A DNA stretch of 63,109 nucleotides, counting the filler, from Hyphochytrium catenoides (lineage: Eukaryota > Protista > Hyphochytriomycota), in assembly GCA_900088475.1 (NCBI GenBank). It is 12 parts of 12 records of this genome, joined end to end, with 100 filler letters (N's around TTAATTAATTAA, not from the genome) between each part and the next. Parts side by side here need not be neighbours in the genome. Positions count along the whole stretch, not along the records: positions 27,378 to 32,274 come from FLMG01000839.1; positions 32,375 to 36,967 come from FLMG01004264.1; positions 37,068 to 47,438 come from FLMG01003850.1; 9 more parts are not named here. One strand, written 5' to 3'. Numbering within the stretch: position 1 is the stretch's first letter; each line of letters opens with the position of its first letter. Below the pieces are notes generated by a model. It was given only the letters and a program-made list of their open reading frames with translations. It made no database searches and had not been told where the DNA came from. Below, piece after piece: positions 27,732-39,670 of this stretch. Position numbers and translations under genes: made by a program.

Positions 27732-27828
27732 GGAGAGAGAGAGAGAAAGAGAGAGAGAGAATAGAGAGAGAGAGAAGGAAAGAGAGACTGTGCCAAGTTC
27801 TTTGACGCTCACCATTCTTCTTCTGCAT
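27434..27828 (-). CDS. CPI1: Cycloeucalenol cycloisomerase (cyclopropylsterol isomerase), 5' part only; truncated by contig end
   Basis: Exon 1 27828-27813 plus exon 2 27561-27434 (GT-AG, in frame) give MQKKNGKQQQPRWLATSPGKRWTELFFLYYSVIWITFFGGIVVTKAYE. This matches the CPI1 N-terminal signature WLAxxPxKRWxExFFLxY as I recall it. Confidence 0.85.
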
Positions 27829-28240
27829 CTTGGCTTGCCTTTCCTTATAGAAAGAGTTACCGTTCCACTTCAATGCCAGATCCTTCAAGCGTAGAAGTGA
27901 GAGAAGGATGATTCTCAGAAGAGTGATCAAGCTTCTGTTGCTTGCGGAAACGGAGTGGGAAGAGAGAGGAAGGAAGAGAGGTTGGCTGTGTGAGGCTGCG
28001 AGGATAATAGAGCCAGAAATGGAGACAAAAGAGAGAAGAGAGACAGACAATTAGCAAGCCGCCAGAGCAAGGGCTGAGAAAGAAAAAGAGAGATCGAACT
28101 GGTACAGTAAAGAGGACAAAAGGGGAGATAAAGACAGAGAGAGAGAGAGAGAGTAAGAGAGAGAAGAGAGAGAGAGAAAGAGAGAGAGAGAGAGGAGAGA
28201 GAGAGAGCGTGTGTGTGTGTGTGTGNNNNNNNNNNNNNNN

Positions 28241-28274
<34 letters not shown>

Positions 28275-28400
28275 CATGCAAAGCAAAAGATACACACACA
28301 TCCAGTTTGTGGTGGTTTGAGTCCCCTATTTTATTCATGCTTAATAGTACAGTAGTCGAGGGGCTATGCTACTTGATTCCCTCAAGGAATAAAAGGTAGG

Positions 28401-31400
28401 TTACGAATCGCTGGTCAATCCCTTGGCGAGGATGGGTGGGAAGAGTTGTTGGTCAATCGCTTTCTGGACGGACTCCAGCACCAGCTCCTCCGTCAGCTGC
28501 AGCAGAGAGACTGACCCTCAGACACAGAAGACCAGTAGAGTAAGGACCAAAGAAGAGAAGCCACAGCTCTAAGTAGGGAAGGATGCAGCATAAGCTACGA
28601 GGCAAATAGCACAGCCATCTGGGAAAGAGCTGCAGGACAGGCACAGGCAACGGGCCAGACGCATCTCTAGAAGGGACGCAGCAGCGCCTTACCTGGGGGT
28701 GACTATACTTGAAACCCAAGCTCTCGATGGCAGTGCCGTCAACACAGAGGTGATTGTGGCTCAGCAGTTCGGCGTCGATGTAGGGGGAGAGAGGGGTGTT
28801 GTTGACCTTATGGATCTGCGTCATCGCAAACTTAGACAATTCACACTTTTTCTAGATGTTTGCCCTCCGTCTTCCAATACTTCCAGTTGGCTCTTTCCCT
28901 CCCTTTCTTATCTAGCTCCTTCTCTCTGCTCATCCCGCAGCCAAAGTCAAGCTTATCTGTCATAGAGTATTCTGCCTTTTTGACCTACCTTGCAAAGCTC
29001 CACCCATGGGCGCATGTGTTTTTCGTTCGCCTCTTCCACGACATCATTTAGGGACAGCTACTCACGGTGTAGCAGCAGAAAGTGTGAGAGACAAATACGC
29101 AAGTGAAAGCGTCAAGAGTGGTCGAGATATTAGGAAGGCAGGCAAGAAACTTCGGATGTGGGGATGAACCAGAGGTATTGAAAGTAGAAGACAGAGAAGG
29201 AAGTAACCCTAGCAAATACGCAGAGGAAAGATAGCTGACATACCCTAGCGAGGTTGGAGATTAACTTCCCCTGGAAGCCAGTCTTGATGCCAAATAGTTT
29301 CCCTAGGATGGCATTTATCTTTCCTTGGTCTGACCAAGCGCACCAGTGGACAGAGGGCAACAGCATTCGTCAGCTCAAGCGTCGTTGTTGAAAGAGCAAA
29401 GAAGGAGTACAACGGAAACTATCTACCGGTGTCCGACTGGTCGGAGAGGTTGTACGTCGAGCCCACTTTGCCATTCTGGGCGAGGAACCAAAGAGCTGCA
29501 ACCACATCCCGTACATGGACCTTAAAGGAAGCAAAGAAAGAGAGTTATGGCTGAGGAGAGAGGCCCAATATACCCATGTCACATAGCCTTTCCCAACATT
29601 CGACGTTATGCCCTACCGTATTGACTCGCATTTGGTCGTCCCATAAGAACTTCATTTTCTCTCCTAACTTCTGATACCTAGTCGAGAAAGGTAAGGTCCA
29701 AAGGAGAGTTTAGAGGGGATACGGTAAGGTCCAAAGGAGTGTAGAGGGAATACGGGACCTAGCAAATCCGGAGACATCGACGGAGAAGGATCGAGGGCCA
29801 TGCAAAGCGGAGAGAAGAGCAACAGGAGATGGGAAAGAGGAAAGTGGTCATGCTCAAAATCGCCCCTGTTGAGTAGTGACAGAAAGAAAACGACATACGA
29901 AGCTGCGCAGACAATCCTTGGCATCAGCCCTGTCACATCTCCTGGTCCGTACACCTAAAGCACACAACATAAATAGCCTTTGATCAGTCATAAGGGAGCT
30001 CTATTAGCACCAAACACAGCCAAGAAACCTAGAAGCGGGAGAGGCAAACAGAGACAGCTACTCGTCGGACTTCTTAAATGGGCGTTCTAACTTGAACACT
30101 AACTAGGATAAAAACCTACCGTAGATGGTCTCACAACGATGAGGGGAAGGGACATTCGTCTGAGAGCTTCCTCTGCCTGTCATCAAGGCACAGTTAGTAC
30201 TGGATGTCTTTAGAGCCAAGTTCTTGTCGCGGAGAGTCCCTTTACTCTGCTTTATTCCCTGGCGCAGTGCTCGCTAACTTCTTTGCTTCCTGTGCTTCAG
30301 ATCACCTGTCCTCACATTCCCTCTCATAGGAACAGGCTTCCCGTCCCTAGAACCTGATATGTGGCTTACCTCAAGCTTGTACTTGGCTTGCTTTGTCCAA
30401 GGGTCTAAACTGAAGTCTTCCTTCGCTGGTGTCTTGTTCTGCGACTTGTACACCTAACATGTTGATGACGTGCGGGGATTTGAACACGTGCGGGGATTAG
30501 AAGAGTACATGCACGTGACCTTGCGCCGCTTAGATTTTCAGGATCAGTCCCTACCTGCGCTGTGGATACCTCGATGAAGCACTTTAAGTCTACAGCGGGA
30601 AAGGCGGAGGTAGAAAAATGCAGATAAACATTGCCGATGAGAAAGGAAGAGGGTCACATGGGCTCATAAAAAATGCGGCCACCTGGGAGCTTCTGTTGGG
30701 CCGTTGTACCTGTAGGGCGCGGAAGGGAGTCATGAAAATCAGAGCTAAGGTTAGCTGTGTCGCTAATATCAAGCGCTATTAGGACAGGAAGTGTAAGAGA
30801 AGTAATGATACAAGTGGGACGCGAAACTTCTGGATAAGTGCTTGTCAGGTGTGAGACCAAGTGAAAATAGTGAGACACTCTATAGGAGTGAGACTAAGCC
30901 AGACAGAGAAGGAAAGAGAGCGTATGACTATGGACAATAGACCAAAACATCGACAGGATGTAGAGCGATAGATTAAGGTTGCAACGCAAGTAAGCAGGCT
31001 GAAGAACAAAGTAGCAAGAACGGCAGGGCAGTAGAGGAACGAACAAGTGAGTCCGCACAAGCTCATCATGTCATTCGCATCCTCTTCTTACCGCACTTGA
31101 TAGATAGGTCTCTGCACCGTGTGACATAGTTCGCCTCTGCCATGCCGTACTTCGTCTCTCCGGCCAAGTTGAAGATGTAATCGAAGGGACCACGCTCAGG
31201 GTCCAGCGCCTTCGCTACGTGAGCATCCCGTGTCAGATCGGCCTGGATAAACTCCACTACTGGATCCTGGAAGGCTGCATTGTGCTCCTCGCTGAGCACA
31301 TGAGATAAAAGATATACAGAGGCAGAGGACATCGAAGGGAGTTAACAGACTGGACGGGAAGAGACAAAGGGACTAAGAAGAGAGAGAGAGACAGACCGAC

Positions 31401-31611
31401 ACAGAGAGAGACCGGGACGACGGGGATATAGGCAGGAAGAAATTCAGATGGCGACGTTTGTTCACCTGAAGGCCACTACCTCCGGCCTGGTCTTATCAAC
31501 TGCTCTGATGAGCGCGCAGCACTTCTGATCGACCAAGAACTTGACTAGGTTCCTGCCAATAAACCCGCAGGCCCCAAGGACGATAACCTTTGGCGCACGA
31601 GCCTCTGCCAT
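28401..31611 (-). CDS. NAD-dependent epimerase/dehydratase (extended SDR), ~12 exons
   Basis: MAEARAPKVIVLGACGFIGRNLV (Rossmann GxxGxxG), DYIFNLAGET, YGPGDVTGLMPRIVCAA, TPLSPYIDAELL, and a last exon LTEELVLESVQKAIDQQLFPPIL...stop at 28401. Confidence 0.88.
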
Positions 31612-31819
31612 GATTTCTCCTTTTCCAGTCTCTTTCTGATCGTCACTGCCTCTTTTGTCGGTGCTGCCTGCTTCGTTCCCTCTTTGTCTTTGCCGACTGT
31701 CAGTCTCCGGCCTGGAGAGAGCTGCTCGCCGTTGGCTGGCTGGCTTGGAGATAGACACACCCAACCCAATAACGTCCTAATCTTCAACCTGCCCGACCTC
31801 GTCCGATGCCAAGGGAAGA

Positions 31820-31851
<32 letters not shown>

Positions 31852-32675
31852 TCTCTCTCTCNNNNNNNNNNNNNNNNNNNNNNNCTCTCTCACACTCTCT
31901 CTCTCTCTCCTCTCATTCTCTCTCTATTCCTCTTTCTCTATTCACTCTCTATTTCTGGTAAGAGGTCTATGATTATCAAACAGCGGTTATCTTTTGTTAG
32001 ATAAGAAGCCAAAGATGGGCAGTCGTAGTAATATCTATGCTCATCGCCGCCAGGCCTAGGTTGTACAAAGCTGTAGGGACTGTTGTCATAGTAATACGTC
32101 TAGGGATTGACCACAGCCTAGTTGTGATTGGCTAAACTCAAAAAATACGTGCTTTGCCCATTTCGGATATACGAGAAAATCGGGATAGCATCCGACAATA
32201 GGCGACTATATAGAGGCCTTAGGGCTGGAGGAAGCAACTACTTGAAGGGTTATCATACTGCAAATAGAGGTCTTNNNNNNNNNNNNNNNNNNNNNNNNNN
32301 NNNNNNNNNNNNNNNNNNTTAATTAATTAANNNNNNNNNNNNNNNNNNNNNNNNNNNNNNNNNNNNNNNNNNNNAGAGAAACTCGTAAGCAGCATGTTAA
32401 GGATATCAACCCAGAGGAGTGAAGAGACCAATCTGAGCCGTCGCAACAGGAGAGAGAAAGAGAGATCAATAGGTGATGGACGATCATGGCTCGATGAGTA
32501 GAGGAGGAAATAAAGAAGGAGCGACAGGCAGAGCGAAAAGGGAGAAAGGAAAAAGAAGGGAGAGAGACGGAGAGTGACGGAGAGGGATGCAAGGAAAAGA
32601 AAAAAAAGAGAGAGAGAGAGGCAGAGTGAGGAGAGCCCAAGAAACATGACAAGAAGTAAAGAAATAGAGGAGTAC

Positions 32676-33945
32676 CGGTAGACATTGCAATGTCTGAGGC
32701 TATGATCACGTCAGGGCTCTCAGCGGACGGAGGGGCAGGAGGCTTGTCTTTTCCGCCTTCAACGTCATCCTCTCTCTCTTCCCTTTCCTCATTACTCTTC
32801 CCCGTCACCCAGATGAAGGAATGAGAAGGATGGCGAAGCGTGGAGGGGATAATGACCAAGAGCTGGTGCCACCACAGAAACCTATTCGTCTCGTTCTCCC
32901 TCCTCCAGCTCTGGCTCGTCAAGTTCAGCAGAAACGCTGATTGCAAGAGAGGAATAGCCACAAAAGGCACAGGTAGCAAGGCGCGGAAAAGAGCAGAGGA
33001 GAGAGAAAGAGAGAAAGGAGGAGAAGGAGAAGAAATGATTGATGAGGCCAGAACATTGAGGGAGAGAGTGAGTCAGTCTGTCCAACCAGTGAACAACTTC
33101 CCTGTTTCTTCACGGGCAGGCAACTCTTTGTCTATCTCCCTTAGCTTCCGGTTGCCTCTCTGCTATGTCATTAGTTCTTCGCCTTCCTTGTGATTCACGT
33201 CTTTCTCCCATGTTGACATTCTGAGTTCTCTTCCTTTCACTCTCACACTGATTGCCCATTGTTTCTTTTAGGCACCTAGCCTTTCAGTCTCTGCCCCTCA
33301 AACGCTGTCTCTCTCTCTCTCTCTCTCTTTCTCTCCCTCTCTCCTGTCTCTCGCTCGCCCTCCCTTCCTTTTGCTTTCCCTCTTTTCTAGACCCCAATCT
33401 CTCTATAATTGCTGACCTTTGTAGCTGTGCCTCCCATCTCTAGACTTGGCGCTGAAGGTGTGCGGGAGCTGTTCCCAGCGGCTCTGAGGGTCAGGGCGAT
33501 AGACGTAGGAGTCTAAGGATGTGCAAGGCAGGGCAAGGGCTTTGCATCGCATGTAGGTAGAGGACGAGAGAGGAGAAGAGGAAAAAGAAGAGAAAGGCGA
33601 AGATGAAGAAGGGAGAGACTCAGCTGAAGGCGAAGCCGAGGAAGGCAGGGACAAGGAAGAAGGAGATGGCGGTAGAGAGGAGAAAGGTTCCATGGCTGGA
33701 TTCAGGCTCTCTTCCTCTTTCTGGGGTCTCTCTCCTCCTTCCCTCTGATCATTGCCTTTCCATTCATGCTCCCACACACTAGAAGAGAGAGAAGAGGCAC
33801 CAGGAGAGAGCCGGAGAGAGCTCAACGCCTCTGTCAACGGCAGAGTCACCGCTGCCTGGAAGCTGAGCATCGCCGTTGTCCACCCCAACGAGCAAAGAAA
33901 GCGGCGGAAGGTCTTCCCTGAGCAAGTTCTGGAGGATCTCGGCAT
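32676..33945 (-). CDS. PqaA (PhoPQ-activated pathogenicity-related) / Dictyostelium AprA-family protein, 5' part; truncated by contig end
   Basis: An exon ending at 33417 (TSLDSYVYRPDPQSRWEQ...SYK) splices in frame to exon 32936-32676 (AFLLNLTSQSW...LWWHQLLVIIP...FIWVTGKSN). These match the family motifs LDxYVxxPDP, LxLTSQxW and WWHxLxIxxP. The start codon is uncertain. Confidence 0.8.
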
Positions 33946-34695
33946 ACTGCTGATAAGTAAAGGGCAATGGATCAGGGAGAGGAATCTTCCAGAAGAGAGA
34001 GAGAGACAAAGAGGGGCCGATGAACGGATACGCGGTTAAAGATAACAGAGAAGAAAGAGAAAGATGAGGTGAATGAAGATGACAGAAAGAGAGAGATAAT
34101 GGAGAGAGCTTTGCACTCGCGGTGAGCTCATGCAGCAGATAAGCGTAGAAAGACGAGCCCTGAGCAGAGTCGGAGGATGAAGGCCTGCAGCAGCTTGGAG
34201 AGAAGAGGAGACTATGAGCTAGAGAGATGCGAGAGAATTGACGAGAGAAAGAGAGACAAACAAGCGAGAGAGAGAGAGAGACAGAGACAGATGGAGCGAG
34301 AGCAAGAGCGAGCGAGAAAGACAAGGGAGAGAAGAACGACGAGAGAGAGAGAGTGAGTTGGGCTTCTCTTCTTCGTGTTAGTCAAGCGTGTTCTCCCCCA
34401 GGAACTTCAAGGAGAAAAGCTATTCACCCTTTAAATTCTAAGAGTGGTTCGAATGTATGCATGAAGTCAAAGACGTGGACAAGGAGAAAGTTATATTGGC
34501 CTTTACAAGGTTTTTCCCTTTTAGAGCTACCCCAGGACTAGCCCGTAAGCTCCTAGACTCCCTTTGGTCAGTGTGGAGTATGGCTTTCTAAGCATTGTTT
34601 ACAAAGAATGTGAGAGGAAAGAAAAAAAGGAGTGATAGATAGAGAAAGGAGAGAGAATGAGGACAAGAGAAGGTGTGTGTGTGTGGGAAGGGGGT

Positions 34696-34737
<42 letters not shown>

Positions 34738-34944
34738 GAGGGAGAGAGAGGGAGAGAGAGAGAGAGAGAAGAGAGACTGGGGGAGAGGAGAGGAGAGTGA
34801 TGTTTATGTCTGACAACAACGAGGAAGAGATCTTAGTGGGATCGTCATTGCCCTTTCTTCCCCTTCCTCTTCCATCAGGAGAGGAAGTAAAAGAAGAGGA
34901 GCAAAAGAGGAGAGCAAACGAGGAGAGCAGAAGAGCCACAGCTT

Positions 34945-34992
<48 letters not shown>

Positions 34993-35035
34993 GCTTCCAT
35001 CTCTTTCTTTCGTGCCAACACTAGGAAGTGCTGAT

Positions 35036-35571
35036 CTACTCTCTTGGTAGTGTGTGCTGCCACTTGAGGAACATATAGAGAAGGACCAAACCGATGACGA
35101 GGAAGACAGTCACCGGAAGGTCTTCCAGTCTCTTCTCTCTCAGTCTCTCCCAGTTCCCGATGAGAATGAGATAAACCATTGTCTCGCACACCATCGCCGA
35201 GGCGCCGAGACAGTCTCCCACAATTCCTTGTATAACACCAAGAAAATACCATCGAAGAGAGAGAGAGAGAAAGAGACAAGCCACCCAGCAGACAACGGCT
35301 TGTAAAGGAGAGAGAAGGAACGCCGTGACGCCAAACTAGGGAGCCGAAAGGAGAAGGGGGAGAGAGAGAGAAAGAATGAAAAGAGAGAGAGAGACACACG
35401 AGAGAGAGTGAGGAAGTCAGAACAACAGATCAAGACAGAGAGAAGATGGAAGGAGTTAGGAAAGAACACTTTTAGCTGGCAAGACGTAGAGGTAAAAAGC
35501 TGAAAGAGAGAGAGAGACAAAGAGAGGAGGTTAGGGGAGACATACGCTGATGATGGACAGATAGCTTGAAC

Positions 35572-35622
<51 letters not shown>

Positions 35623-35759
35623 GTAACTCCGATCAAATAAGTAGGAAGAGCCCTCTTAAAAACGAGAGAGAGAGACACATGAGCTGGAGATTGAAGGAGA
35701 GAAGGGAGCCAGGGCACAGACTTGAAAGGAAACTGTATATATAGAGGGAGCATAGTATT

Positions 35760-35802
<43 letters not shown>

Positions 35803-36494
35803 ATTAAAGGAAACGTGATAGAACAATGAGAGGTCGAGGTTTTAAGACAGTCGCCCTTTACCGTCCAGGCGCCTGCAAGGAAAATCCTGGGAGGAGAGAG
35901 ATACTTCGTGGCATCCGCAAAATCGTAATAAATTTGGTCTCTCTCTCTCATACTTTGGTCTCGGAGATAGGGCATGGAAGAGACCAGGAGTACAGGGACC
36001 CTAGAGACAGACAGGGAAGACGGTTAAACAAGTAGAGAAGGACAGCAATTATGACAAACAGACACAGAGAGAGAGAGAGAGAGAGAGAAAGAAAAAAGTG
36101 AGAGAAGGGACATAATTGGCCGGAGACAAAGAAGGGAAAGCTGAGAAAGGAGAGATCGGAGACTGGCGAAGAGGGAAAAAGCAGCCAGTCAGAAAAGAGA
36201 GAGGCAAAGAGAGAAACGAAGGAAAAGAAGAGACGGAGTGAACCACAACCGGTGGTGGAAAGAACTGGAGAGAGAGGAAGACAGAGAAGGCCTAACATAA
36301 AGGAAAAGTTGGAGAGACAGCAGGCTAGACGTTAGAAGAGAGCGTCACAGACCATCTAGCCAGCGTGTGCGCAGTGATGAGGGCAGTTGGCGCGAGAGAG
36401 AGAGGAACAACAGAGAGAGAGTACAGCTTCAAAGCCATCGCCAGCAGGATCCCGATGCAGCCGTATGTACCAAGCCTAGAGGAGAGAACGAAGA

Positions 36495-36531
<37 letters not shown>

Positions 36532-36533
36532 CA

Positions 36534-36572
<39 letters not shown>

Positions 36573-36897
36573 TTAAAAGCTGAGGTAGACGAGAGAAAGA
36601 TGAAGAGAGAACTGCATGACAAGGGAAAGAAGAGAGAGATTGTGGGAGCAATGGACAGAAACTCTCATTTGGCACTAGTGGCCAGGCAAGAAGAGGAGAG
36701 AAGAAAAGAAAAAGAGACAAAAAAAGAGAGGGAGAGATACGAGAAGAAGGACAAGAGTGAGAGAGAAAAAGAGAGAGAGTCAGCCAAGAAGCAGACGACA
36801 AACCTGCTGTCTTTCATGATGGTCAGGATCTGAGTCTTTCCCCAGCCGCCTCCAAACCCATCGAAGGTATCCGCTAGCCCATCTTCGTGGAAGCAAC
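35036..36897 (-). CDS. cobS: Adenosylcobinamide-GDP ribazoletransferase (cobalamin synthase), 3' four exons; 5' end lost at linker
   Basis: Exons 36897-36804, 36475-36353, 36000-35862 and 35335-35036 splice in frame: [37 protein letters not shown]...AHTLARW...PYLR...[10 protein letters not shown]...stop. HxDGLADxxDG, IMKDSRxGxxG and GxxGDxLGA are CobS signatures. Confidence 0.93.
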
Positions 36898-39011
36898 CTA
36901 CGCGGGATTGTTAGGGCCTTGTGCCTCTCTCTCTCTCTTCTTGTTCTCTGCATCTCTCCTCTCTCTCNNNNNNNNNNNNNNNNNNNNNNNNNNNNNNNNN
37001 NNNNNNNNNNNTTAATTAATTAANNNNNNNNNNNNNNNNNNNNNNNNNNNNNNNNNNNNNNNNNNNNAACAGACAGCACGACCAGGAAAAAGCAAGCAAC
37101 AGCGGCACCGGGTTAGACAGGATGATCAATTGGTCAGCTTTATATGCTGCTCCAGACGGCTCAAGTGCTAGTGATGATGTCACTATTGGAGTTGTTTCCT
37201 ACGAACCTTTGAGCTTCTCACTCAGCTTTCCATGCTGATCTCTCAGGGCTTTGACCTCCGGCTATGATGTTTCAGTTAGCTCAATCCCGTGAGAAAGGAC
37301 AACATAACACCGATGGCTTGCGAAGTACTTCTTGGTAACCGTACCGTCCAAGTAAGACGAAACAGAAGACTGATACCTTGCTAGTATCCAGTGTTCCGCA
37401 GCTGTCTGCTGTCCCATTGCTACTACGGCCCTCGCTTTCCTCCCTNNNNNNNNNNNNNNNNNNNNNNNGGTCTGCTTGCAGAAGGCCGTCAATTCTATGC
37501 TCTAGCTCCTGGAGACAGTACACAAGTGGGCGTTCGTCCAAGCTTAGCAGACAGCACTATCACGCATCCTCAACGGTGTGTCGGGAGGTGGTAACATCTA
37601 TCCTTCACCAGCAAAGAGTCTCTTCCGCCGCCAACCGCTAACTGACCTCCAAAGTCTTCTCTAAGCGGATCCGGGGCAAATCATAGCTCAGGTATCGGAA
37701 GACTCGGTGAATCTATAATGAGAAACATGCCAGAGCAGACAGGTTGATTAGTGATCAGGAAGAGAAGGAGGGCTGGTCAATCATCAGGATGATGATGGTG
37801 GTGGGCAGACGGCAGTAACAACATAAAGAATCGGCCTAAGATAAAGAGAGCTGCGGCTTCAAGGGCAAAGCTAAAGAGAACATGAAGAGACTGAATAAAG
37901 ATAAACAGAGAATGGCAGAAGAAAGACTGAGCTGGAAACCGTCGTATGGCAGTATGAACAACGATGTTCCTACTTAGTTATTTTTATTTAGGAGGACCAC
38001 CAGCATGGCGCTCGTGCGACAGATTCAAGGAACGTACACGCCCACTTCTTCTTCAACCACCTACCTGAATCTCTTCTTCTAGTGTGCTATGAGCCATTGT
38101 CTGGCCTTGCTATCCTCCTGTACGAGAGGATGACCTCCTTCTTCCTTTCTTGGCTTTTCTTTCAGCAGGTGCTCTATCCGTTGTTGTCAATCTTCTAGAG
38201 CTTGTATTGTATGTACTGCTGCCTAACGTGCACTAGAACGGTTGTAGGTCCAAGGAAGGTAGTGGCTTTTCTTGTCGGAGGTCTCGTTGTTAACCTCCTC
38301 TACAAGCTCCGAAATCCATCGACGAAAACCCTGTCGCCCATGGGAAAGCTTATCTTCTCATAATATCAGAGTTGTTCTTGCCTCCTGCTGCCGTCTCTTC
38401 TTCCCTAGCCACCACAGCGCCAAGCACGACTGCCGTCGTCCTCCAGTTATTGCATCATCTGCCTTCTGCTTGCTGTTGGAAGAGCAGAGACAACGGAGGG
38501 ACCGAGGATGAGGACAGGAGGTGGAGGACGAGGAGGAGGCGGCGGAGGAGGAGGAGGGACCATCATCAAGCAGCCCCCACCTAGAAGGAAGTTTTTCTTC
38601 TCACTCACAATACTGAAACGGACAAGCCGGCATCTGAAATCAAATGTTAATTATCTCGGAATGATATTCGGATTATGGCAACGGATCCGTAATCCTCATG
38701 GCGGAGGATGGTTGTGGTGATGATCTTGTCTTCGGGTGGCTGTTGGTCATCATCAATCGTCAAGGAGGAGTGGCAGATGGTCGGTCTGATGATGATGATG
38801 AGTCATCTTCTAGTGCATCTCCTCCGCGTCCTGCCGCCGCTGCTGCGGTTGCTGCCAATGACAGTCTCTCTCAGGCGTCTGCTTATCCCAGCTCGATATG
38901 AACACAACCTCCTCTAGATCCTTATATCACGTAACGCAAACAGAAAAGAATAAGAGTCTTGGCTGCAATCATAGCCGCAGTCTTACTGAAAGTTTGACGC
39001 GCCTGGAGTTA

Positions 39012-39380
39012 TCACATGTCCCATCTCATCACAGTAAGGTCCGCCCAGCTGCCATTAGCTAGAGATTGCACCTTAGCACTAACGCGTTGTGAGGTATCGA
39101 CTGGCACAGTCATGATCTGGGAGGTGTAGGTTCCTGTCGGTGTTGCCCCTATGTCAAGCTCTCCATCGGAAGGATTCAAAGTCACAGATACAGTGCTCAT
39201 TGCTCCAGAGAGGTTGTTCAATCGAAGGCGCAAGACAGCACTGCCAACAGTCTTGGGCAGTATACTCGATAGACTATAAGGACTGTAGGTAGTTCCTGTG
39301 ATAGACTGACTTACCAGGTCACTGACAAAGCGGACAGAGCCATCTTCTTGCATTACAGAGTTGACGAAGGTTGCGTTACC
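39012..39380 (-). CDS. Intronless orphan beta-rich ORF fragment, possibly a viral structural/fibre-like C-terminal domain
   Basis: Open frame ...ATFVNSVMQEDGSVRFVSDL...YSLSSILPKTVGSAVLRLRLNN...QIMTVPVDTSQRVSAKVQ...WDM*. Ser/Thr/Val-rich and abuts the viral helicase fragment. Confidence 0.4.
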   Translation of the reverse strand, partial: GNATFVNSVMQEDGSVRFVSDLVSQSITGTTYSPYSLSSILPKTVGSAVLRLRLNNLSGAMSTVSVTLNPSDGELDIGATPTGTYTSQIMTVPVDTSQRVSAKVQSLANGSWADLTVMRWDM

Positions 39381-39670
39381 GACCATGACTTTATCCCTGC
39401 CGGGTTCATTGGCCTCCATAGTGGTATTGAGAGAACTACTATCATGAACAACATTACAAAGTACAATGCCTTGGACAACGCGAACGGGTACAAGGACCGT
39501 CTTCTCTTGGGATCAAAGTTTATTCGTTCGAGAGGGACTTAACTTCAAAGCCGTGCGGCAACTCTTCGTCATGTCTCTACCGAACGATATACCATCCTTA
39601 CTCCAAGTCTTCGGTCGTACAGTGCGTCGGGGATCTCACCTTGAGCTACCACCAGACCAGCGCGAGCAAG
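39381..39670 (+). pseudogene. Endogenous NCLDV SF2 helicase fragment (asfarvirus D1133L / VETF small-subunit-like), frameshifted
   Basis: Removing a 4-bp tandem duplication (TTCG, 39523-39530) gives HDFIPAGFIGLHSGIERTTIMNNITKYNALDNANGYKDRLLLGSKFIREGLNFKAVRQLFVMSLPNDIPSLLQVFGRTVRRGSHLELPPDQRE. This has helicase motifs V (EGLN) and VI (QxxGRxxR) plus the NCLDV-type SHxxLPPxxR tail. Confidence 0.8.
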
